Below the pieces are notes generated by a model that did not search any database, was not told the DNA's origin, and worked only from the letters and a program-made list of their open reading frames with translations. DNA of 64,000 nt from the human T2T-CHM13v2.0 reference genome, Homo sapiens. This document shows positions 49,582 through 64,000 of the stretch, piece by piece (the first letter of the stretch is position 1; each line of letters starts with the position of its first letter). The DNA lies in assembly GCF_009914755.1 (NCBI RefSeq), contig NC_060925.1; one strand, 5' to 3'. Both the position numbers and the translations under genes were made by a program.

Positions 49582-49890
49582 CCCCCAGGAAGCCTCCCCT
49601 GCAACCCCCTGTGGATCCTGTGGTAAAGGCCAGGATGGAGAGTTCCGTGATTCTCAGCTGGTCCCCACCACCCCATGGGGAACGCCCTGTCACTATCGAC
49701 GGCTACCTGGTAGAGAAGAAGAAGCTTGGCACCTACACCTGGATCAGGTGCCACGAGGCTGAATGGGTGGCTACACCTGAGCTGACCGTGGCTGATGTGG
49801 CGGAGGAGGGGAACTTCCAGTTCCGAGTGTCCGCTCTCAACAGCTTTGGTCAGAGTCCCTACCTCGAGTTCCCGGGGACTGTCCACCTGG
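49582..49890 (+). CDS. OBSCN: OBSCN exon 5: fibronectin type III domain
   Basis: acag|CC PRKPPLQPP...VILSWSPP...GYLVEKK...FQFRVSALNSFGQS; donor G|gtaagt; 309 nt. Confidence 0.95.
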
Positions 49891-50353
49891 GTAAGTGGGA
49901 CCTCCCTGTTACAACCTACGGGGCTGCTCACCTGCCCCGGAATCCCCCAGGTCCAGCTTCAGGGGAGGCCAGAGTGGCCTCATGGGGACCTTCTGTGGGG
50001 AGGGGGGCTGCCAAGGCCTTGCCCTGGTGCAGTGTCCGTGGTGGAAGGATAGGTGACCCCACTACAGGGCCCCTGGGAGCCTGCCTGTCTCCAGCAGACC
50101 CAGGGGACGGGGCTCCAGGGCTGCCCCACTCTGGTGGGGCTTGTAGGATGCTGGAGGGGTCTCAGGGCAGCTGTACCTTGTCCTTGTTCCTTCATGAGCC
50201 TGACTCATGCTATGGTCGCTCTGTGTGTTGGCTGGGCTTCCTGGAGGAGGAACATTTAGGTCTAGGCTCTGTAGGAAGAGAAGGGGAAGGCAGAGACCTC
50301 CTCAGCACTCCCCACTCCTCCTCGGCCCCTTTCTGACGCTGCCCGCCCCACAG

Positions 50354-50620
50354 CCCCCAAGCTGGCCGTGAGGACACCGCTGAAGGCGGTGCAGGCGGTA
50401 GAGGGTGGCGAGGTCACTTTCTCCGTGGACCTCACGGTGGCCTCAGCGGGTGAGTGGTTCCTGGATGGGCAGGCCCTGAAGGCCAGCAGTGTGTATGAGA
50501 TCCACTGTGATCGCACCCGGCACACGCTCACCATCCGGGAGGTGCCCGCCAGCCTGCACGGGGCGCAGCTGAAGTTCGTGGCCAACGGCATTGAGAGCAG
50601 CATCCGGATGGAGGTCCGGG
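50354..50620 (+). CDS. OBSCN: OBSCN exon 6: Ig-like domain
   Basis: acag|CC PKLAVRTPLKAVQAVEGGEVTFSVDL...RMEVR; donor G|gtaggt; 267 nt. Confidence 0.95.
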
Positions 50621-51211
50621 GTAGGTGGAGGGCCCCAGCTTGGGACCCTGAGCCTCATTTCTCCAGGGTGGGCGGTGTCAGGGCTCCAGGTAGGGCTGCT
50701 ACAGGTCTGAGGGCCCCAGGACACCCTGTCAGCCTGCAGGTCACTGGGATGAAGCAGGCAGGGTGGTGGGCGTGTGAGGACTCACCCAGGCTGGCTGGTG
50801 GCACTGGTCCCTGGTGTCTGGGTGAGGGCCTGGGGCTGCAGGGGTCCTGCTGGGCAGAGCCTCATGTCTGTCTCCCCACTTTCCTCCTTTCCCCCTCCTG
50901 CCTCCTCTATCTTGTTAATCTTTTCCCTTCCGTTTCTTTCCTGCTTTTTTCTGTCTCTGCCATCCCATGCCTGGCTGTTCCACCTCTGTCTCCCCTGCTT
51001 CTCTGGTGTATCTGTGACCTCTGTTCTGCCATTGTCTCCCCTGCCTGCCTCTCCCTCGCTGTCCTCCTGTGCTGTTCTCCTGGGTCCCTCCCTTTATCTT
51101 TCTCTGCCCCGTGTCTGTCTCTCCTTGTCTCCCCTTCCGTCCATTCCCCTCTGTTCACCTTTCTGTGCCCCTCCGTCCATTCCCCTCTGGCCACGCATAC
51201 CTGGCCCCCAG

Positions 51212-51493
51212 CGGCCCCAGGGCTGACTGCCAACAAGCCGCCAGCCGCAGCTGCCCGGGAGGTGCTGGCTCGGCTGCACGAGGAGGCGCAGCTGCTGGCT
51301 GAGCTGTCAGATCAGGCTGCGGCTGTGACGTGGCTGAAGGATGGTCGCACACTGTCCCCAGGCCCCAAGTATGAGGTGCAGGCATCGGCCGGGCGGCGGG
51401 TGCTCCTTGTGCGAGATGTGGCCCGGGACGATGCAGGCCTCTACGAGTGCGTCAGCCGCGGGGGCCGCATCGCCTACCAGCTCTCCGTGCAAG
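51212..51493 (+). CDS. OBSCN: OBSCN exon 7: Ig domain
   Basis: ccag|CG APGLTANKPP...VTWLKDG...DDAGLYEC...LSVQ; donor G|gtggga; 282 nt. Confidence 0.93.
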
Positions 51494-51803
51494 GTGGGAG
51501 CAGCTGGCAGCCTCTGCGGGGTTCTCTGACTTTGTGGGGAGGGTGAGGGACAGGGCAGTGGAGGCGAGCCCAGCTTGGTAGGGGGAGGGACTCCATAACT
51601 GGGTGGTTGCTCTGGTGGGCACAAGTCCCAAGGTTAGAGTCAGTAGGCCGCACTGGCTGCTTGCCCAAGCAGGGTCCCTCTAGCCTGGTGAGCCTGGGTG
51701 TCCTGTGTGGTCCCAGAAGCCGGACCAGCTCCAGCTTGTGAGCACTGTGGCCAAGTTTGTGCTCAGGGCCTCTGCAGTGCCTGACCCAGCCTGTGTCCTG
51801 CAG

Positions 51804-52079
51804 GCCTCGCGCGCTTTCTGCACAAGGACATGGCGGGCAGCTGTGTGGATGCCGTGGCTGGGGGCCCGGCGCAGTTTGAGTGTGAGACCTCCGAAGCCCA
51901 CGTCCACGTGCACTGGTACAAGGATGGCATGGAGCTGGGCCACTCCGGTGAGCGCTTCTTGCAGGAGGATGTGGGGACGCGGCACCGGCTGGTGGCAGCC
52001 ACAGTCACCAGGCAGGATGAAGGCACCTACTCCTGCCGCGTGGGCGAGGACTCTGTGGACTTCCGGCTCCGCGTCTCTG
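51804..52079 (+). CDS. OBSCN: OBSCN exon 8: Ig domain
   Basis: tgcag|GC LARFLHKDM...HWYKDG...DEGTYSC...LRVS; donor G|gtgagc; 276 nt. Confidence 0.95.
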
Positions 52080-52193
52080 GTGAGCACGCTGTGTGTGCAT
52101 GCGTCCAGGCCCATGTGGGGTGGGGAGCAGGTCCGGCTGCCTCCAGCAGAGCAGGATTGACCTTCCTGACCCTTCTTTTCTCCAGCAAATGGT

Positions 52194-52610
52194 TGACAGT
52201 GTCAACTGAAAAAAAAAAATCAAGGTTTTAAAAGAATTAGTTTTATTCAGAAGGCTCGAGGATTGCGGCCCAGGAGTCTTTCAGACTTTCTGTTAAGCTG
52301 CTCCAAAGCAGAGTTTCAGTCTGCAGCTCATACATAGGTGGGGAAGGCTCTGCAGCTGCTCAGAAGGTACCTTTAGAGCCAGAGCTCCTCACAGCCTGGG
52401 TGCACCTTGTTACAGATGACAGAGGCACAGTCATGAATACTGCCAGACGTTATCTCATGTGCAGGGAGAAGAAGGGGCCAGCACCATTGAACTTACCTTT
52501 CCTAAAATTGCCGTACTTCAGGCTAGAGACATGGGAACCTGCACTGTGTCCCCCAGGGCTGCACTCATTCACCGGGCCAGGATTGGTGAATTCTGCTGGC
52601 AGACCAGGAT
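52194..52610. mobile_element. Probable LTR remnant (family uncertain)
   Basis: tgtcaactgaaaaa...ttttattcaga... resembles a reverse ERV1-type LTR. Confidence 0.35.
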
Positions 52611-52659
52611 GAGCAAACACAGCTTCTTATGTTTGCTGCCTCGTCCCAGAGAACATTTG

Positions 52660-52760
52660 CTTCTCTGTTTGGGAAAAGAAATGACTGACTAACTTCTTCT
52701 CTGTTTGGGAAAAACAGAGTTAGACTAACTAACTAACTTCTCTGTTTGGGAAAAACTAAC
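52660..52760. repeat. 3x CTTCTCTGTTTGGGAAAA interspersed with ACTAAC units
   Basis: Copies at 52660, 52696 and 52737. Confidence 0.85.
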
Positions 52761-53004
52761 GTTTACGTGGGTAAAGAATCTAAATGTAGAAAATAAGAAA
52801 AGATAACATGAAGGAAATTGTGGAAAGTGGACGTGGACCTGGTTTTCTTAGGCTTTAGGATAATCTTTTCCATCTGTACATGGGCCTCTGTCTCCTGCTG
52901 TGTCTCGTCCTCGCCGCCAGGGCTCACTCACAGCTCTGCAGACGCTTTTGTGTATTGTGTGTTTGTGGGCCAGGGTTAGGGCTGGCACTTCATTTAAAAT
53001 GTGT

Positions 53005-53321
<317 letters not shown>

Positions 53322-54115
53322 TGAGGGGACTGAGGTTGAGCAGAGCCACAGACTGGAGTGTCTCTGACAGGTTAAGATTTGAATGTAGGGGGCTCTGAGC
53401 CCTGGCTCTTTCTGGAAGCCTCCTGGGCTCAGAGATGTTGGCTGGGAGGCTGAAGGAGGAGCACAGAGGGCTTCTCAAGGAGCATGGCTGCCGGGCCTCT
53501 GTGGGCCGGATTCCGCTCACAGACCCCACAACAGGGAAGGCCCCAGGGCCAGGCTCTGGAAAACTATCCGGCTGGCTTCCAGGGGGAAATATGTGGGCGT
53601 TTAACATATAAAAGTTTAAAAATCATGCCAGCCCAGCCCTCCTAACTTTCACAGTCCAATGGCCAATTCATCCACAATGTAGAACACACCCTGTGCCTGC
53701 TCTCTGTTGTTTGAATAATCAGGGGAGTGTCTGTGAAGCTGAACCCTCTCTCTGTCTTGGTCCACATGATGGCCCGTGTCCATAGGCGGTGGACTTCCAG
53801 GACAGGCAGAAGTTTAGGGGAGAGAGAGACAGCATGCTGGGTCTGCGAAGGACACTCAGGCCACCAGGCCCTATTGATAGCTTCTCGTAGGCACACGCCC
53901 TGCCCTCCTGGCACATGCCAGGGCCCTCACTGGGCAGGGGTTGGGCATCACAGCTGCCTGTGCATGGGAAGAGCTACGCCTGAGCACACGGACCATGGAG
54001 GAGCCCATGGCAGGACTGTTCGTGCCTGGGGTACAGAATCTGATAACCTGAACCAGGCCCTGCAAACCTCACTTGGAAGGGCCTCTGACCCCACCTCCCC
54101 CCTTATGCATCCCAG

Positions 54116-54391
54116 AGCCCAAGGCGGTGTTTGCCAAGGAGCAGCCGGCGTGCAGGGAGGTGCAGGCTGAGGTGGGGGCCAGCGCCACGCTGAGCTGTGA
54201 GGTGGCCCAGGACCAGATGGAGGTGACGTGGTACAAGGACGGGAAGAAGTTGAGCTCCAGCTCGAAAGTGCACGTGGAGGCTGTGGGCTGTATGCGGAGG
54301 CTGGTGGTGCAGCAGGTGGGCCAGGCAGACTCCGGAGAGTACAGCTGTGAGGCCAGGGGACAGAGGGTCTCCTTCCGCCTGGACGTTGCAG
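54116..54391 (+). CDS. OBSCN: OBSCN 276-nt Ig-repeat exon (probably an alternative cassette)
   Basis: cccag|AG PKAVFAKEQPACREVQAEVGASATLSCEVAQ...WYKDGKKL...DSGEYSC...LDVA; donor G|gtgggt. Confidence 0.9.
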
Positions 54392-55849
54392 GTGGGTCCC
54401 TAGTGGCATGGTCAGCACCTGTCCAGGCGGTGGAGCATGTGCTGCACTGGTACTCAGCACCTCTGCCCCTCTCTGCGTCACCTGTTCCTGGCCTGTAAGG
54501 GATGGCTGTGCTGCCCGCAGTGGTTCTGTTAGAAAATCCAGCATTCTTGTGCACACCCACAGAGCACTGTGCTGCACTAGCCAGGATCCCTTGTGTGTTT
54601 ATTCAGAAGCCTGTTTTCTGCTCCTGGTTGAGACCTTGCACAGACCTGTGGCTTTTGTCTTTGTTCTGAGGGAGCTGCAGTTGTGCCTTCTGTTTAGGGC
54701 ACTGCAGTCTCAGCTGACCATGGAGTCTCCTCTCCCTTGGGGACCCTTAGTGTGTCCCCTCTGCTCCCAGACTCAGTGTGTGGGGACGGCGTTCCTTGTC
54801 TTCCCCTCCTGGCCGCGCTACTGCCTGTAGCTTCTGCCTCTAGAGTAGAAAGAACCAGGAAGGTGCCGGAAGCTCATGCTTGACTGGAGTTGCGTGAAGA
54901 TGACCTTGTGTGGGCCCCGCCAGGGCTTTAGAGTGAGCCCCCCAGGTGGGTTCGTCGGCAGCCCCATCACCTGCCCCTGAGGGTCCACATGCCTGTGCCC
55001 TGCCGAGGTCATGCTTTCCTCCGGGCCACCTCGTTCTCTTCCTCTGCTTCCTAAAACACCGGACATCTTCATCTTCTTCCTGCAGAGGACGCTGGGACTT
55101 CTGGGCAGTCCTGTCGCTCCTGCAGACCCCTACTGCTGCCTCGGCTCAGCCCGATCCTGGCCGAGGAAGCCCTGTGCATCTGTCACCTGCGTGATGCGGG
55201 GAGGCCTCTGGCCGCTCCCACCTTAGTGTTTAGGCTTTTTGGTGGGAGGCAGAATGCCCCTGTGGTTGGCCACCAGCTCTGGGACAGCTTTGGCACCACT
55301 CCCCATGGGGTAAATGAACCCATCCCTGCCCATCTCAAGCTACACACGTGGCTTTGCTGAGTTTGGGGTTGGGAAGGACGGTGGTGGCTCTCAGGAGCAT
55401 GTGAGCAGCTCTGGCCGCTGTGGTGCCTTGGTGCCTACAGGTGCTCCGTGTGTCCCCTGGAGGTGCTGGTCTTGGTTGTAGGGGGAGCAGCCCTCTCCTC
55501 TCGGTGCTCCATGGGTGGGGCATGGGACGCAGGGATGCAGCATGTCCCTATCCAGCGAGGTCTTTCCCAAGACCCTGCTCTGTAGCTGCCATGCTACTGT
55601 GGCTGCTACCCTGTATGCAGGGAGAGGGTCAAATCAGCAAAACTGGTTTCTTGTTTTTTGGTAATTTTTTGTTGGTTTTGCTTTTTGCTAACTTCTTTCA
55701 AGATTTGTCTCTCCTCCCGGCTTCCTATGTTGGAGTATCATATCTACATTGTCTTGGTGCCTGAGTTAAAATTTCCAGTGTAATATTTGATCGCACATAT
55801 GAAGTTGTCTTTGTTATCATGAAATTAAGGAAGCTCTGGTGCCAACAGT

Positions 55850-57290
<1,441 letters not shown>

Positions 57291-58359
57291 AAAGAATGAC
57301 TGGGTGAAGTTGGGGTCTGCGTGTACCTTGCAGTACCATAGAGCAGTCAAAACGAGCAGGAGCACAGGGCTCTGCATTGCAGCTGAAGAAGGGCGATTGA
57401 CGCATGCAGCATTGTGCTGGAAAAGCAGGTTACAAAGCACAGAATGACGTTATGTGTTTAGTGGTTAACAACACGCAGTGGCAGCAACACATGGCAGCTG
57501 TGGTTTGTCTCCTGCCTGGAATCTCCGGAGATGCTCTTCTTAGCGTGCCACACACCTCACCTGTGTGAATCCTTGGTCATTCTATTTCAGACAGCAGGAA
57601 GTCGACGCACAGAGGTGAAGTCACTTTGTCCAAGGTCACACAGTGGGTAAACGGTTGAGCAGAGCAGCCTGACTTGCACATTCACCCTCAATAAACACAC
57701 GTACTGAGATAATAAAAGGAGATTCCAAAACCAGGATTCAGGCTGGGGTTACCTCTGAGGGGCTGGGAACTAGTGGTGATGGCGTTCTTCTTTCTTTAGC
57801 AGGTGGGGAGTGTGTGGGTGTTCATTGTATTGGTTTTTTCTTTATTTTCTGCGTATTCTTTCTTACCCACTGATCAATAGCATGTACATATTGTTTAGAA
57901 ATAGGAAGGCAGAACCCAGGGGAAAAATGAAGGGACTTTAAACTGGAGTTTCTGCAGAGCCAAGTAGGGTGTGGGGACAGGTGGAGGGGTAGGGCATGGT
58001 GTGTTTTGGTGTGTTTTAGCTTATTTTTTATTGTGGTATTCTAGTTTTTAATACTATTTTGTCTGCATGTGTATTTGTAGCTAGTTAATGGGCACAGATA
58101 GCACCTAAAGAGAAAACTGTTCTGATTTCATTTATTCAGAGTTCGAAGACAGGTTCTACGGTTAGGAATGAGAATGGTGGTCGCTTTTGTGGGGGAGGCA
58201 GCTGGGAGCTGTGTGGGTGTGGGGTGTGGGTTACACAGGTGCAGATAGCTGTCAGAACTCATAGAATTGTGCACCAGATCTGTGCATATCACTGTGCATA
58301 CATGTTTGTGCATATCACTGTGCGTACATGTTATCCTAGTTAAGAGGTAGCATAAGAGA

Positions 58360-58650
58360 TTTTTGTTTTTAGAGACAGGAATTTGTTCTGTTGCCCAGGC
58401 TGGAGTGCAGTGGTGCAGTCATGGCTTACTGCAACTTTGACCTCTCAGGCTCAAGCAATCCTCCCGCCTCAGCCTCCTGAGGAGCTGGGTACTCGCATAC
58501 CACCATGCTTAGCAAATTTTTTAATTTTTTGTAGAGACAGGGTCTCACAATGTTGTCTTGGCTGGTCTTGAACTCCTGGGCTCAAGCAATCCACCTAGCT
58601 TGCCCTCCCAAAGTGCCAGGATTACAGGCGTGAGCCACTGTGCCCGGCCT
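58360..58650 (-). mobile_element. AluJ
   Basis: Reverse Alu. Confidence 0.85.
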
Positions 58651-59250
58651 CATAAGCAATTTTTCGATGTATGAGTTTCCTCTTTGTGTTGAGGGAAACC
58701 CCAGACAGGTATAGGGCAACTCTGGCTTTAGTGCAAACCAGGGGAGAAGTGGCCGGGGGATGGTCTGTTTGGGTCATGGTTTTGTGGGAGAGAGGTTCCC
58801 ACATCTCCTGTGATTTTCAGCGTGAACCCAAGAGGGTGTTTGTGTTTGCTATTTCTCCAGGCTTTCTGGGTTCTCAGGCAGAGTTTTCGTAAGTGCTGAG
58901 GGCGTGATGTGGGCATTTCACACAGTATCAGCAGCTTTTCCTTTCAAAGGGGCACTCTGCCAGGGTGGTGCTTTTCTCTAAGGTGTTGTGGAATGTTTGG
59001 ACTCCAGAGTATCTGCTGCATGTTGCTGATGGGCCTTGGGAAGTTCTTCCCCATGCTGATGCTTGAAGCTTCCAATATGCATTCTCTTTTGCTCAAACCC
59101 ATGTCCGGCTGGCGGTTGGTGAGGCCACTGTTCATGGGCCACAGACAGCCCGTCATCAGTGGGCTCCAGCCTGAGCAGCCTCTGCATCTGAAACTTTAGT
59201 TTCTGTGCTCTGGAGTCTCTGACTGTGCATCCTTCCCTGTCCATCCCCAG

Positions 59251-59526
59251 AGCCCAAGGTGGTGTTTGCTAAGGAGCAGCTGGCACGCAGGAAGCTGCAG
59301 GCAGAGGCAGGAGCCAGTGCCACACTGAGCTGCGAGGTGGCCCAGGCCCAGACGGAGGTGACGTGGTACAAGGATGGGAAGAAGCTGAGCTCCAGCTCGA
59401 AAGTGTGCATGGAGGCCACAGGCTGCACGCGCAGGCTGGTTGTGCAGCAGGCAGGCCAGGCGGATGCCGGGGAGTATAGCTGCGAGGCTGGGGGCCAGCG
59501 GCTCTCCTTCCATCTGGATGTCAAAG
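59251..59526 (+). CDS. OBSCN: OBSCN 276-nt Ig-repeat exon (gene continues beyond the window)
   Basis: ccccag|AG PKVVFAKEQLARRKLQAEAGASATLSCEV...DAGEYSC...HLDVK; donor G|gtcagt. Confidence 0.95.
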
Positions 59527-59629
59527 GTCAGTTGATAGAGCAGACATTTGAGCATCTCATGGGAGCAGGTCTGGGGGCAGTGTTTCAGCGTAGGCTGGGA
59601 CAGTGCTTGGCGGCCTCCTGAGGGCCTGT

Positions 59630-64000
<4,371 letters not shown>

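Noticed and set aside
49891-50336. 148-codon read-through into OBSCN intron 5
   Set aside because: The intron is 463 nt (not 3n) and has a stop before exon 6, so retention gives a PTC. It serves as background for long open frames here.
58281-58332. 26-bp tandem duplication tgtgcatatcactgtgcRtacatgtt
   Set aside because: Simple local duplication in old repeat-derived intron sequence; no functional hint.

Overview
Human genomic DNA, recognisable as the IBA57-OBSCN locus (1q42.13). It contains the complete 3-exon IBA57 gene on the + strand: CDS 813-1153, 9477-9814 and 9907-10298, totalling 1071 nt (356 aa), with the YgfZ/Iba57 KGCYIGQE motif, a CpG-island promoter and a ~6.7-kb repeat-rich 3' UTR. 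A ~25-kb Alu/L1/LTR/DNA-transposon-rich intergenic stretch follows. Then comes the 5' part of OBSCN (obscurin): a muscle-type promoter, non-coding exon 1 and nine coding exons (Ig and FnIII modules, all phase-1 junctions); the gene continues beyond the window. Both genes are well known, and I see no convincing wholly new gene system. The most interesting signals are in RNA processing. (1) OBSCN intron 6 is 591 nt and stop-free in frame, so retention would insert 197 aa with long hydrophobic segments. (2) OBSCN exon 3 uses a weak GC donor, and an in-frame GT donor 216 nt downstream would add a 72-aa RG/RGG insert. (3) A perfect 12x16-bp Sp/KLF-site minisatellite in IBA57 intron 1 lies just before a phase-matched cryptic donor, suggesting an alternative first exon whose frame depends on repeat number. 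(4) An ACUAAC (QKI-type) cluster precedes a likely OBSCN cassette exon. Also seen: a full AluYa5, a tiny young truncated Alu, a template-switch palindrome inside an Alu, and a templated insertion. Repeat subfamily names and boundaries were assigned by eye and are approximate.
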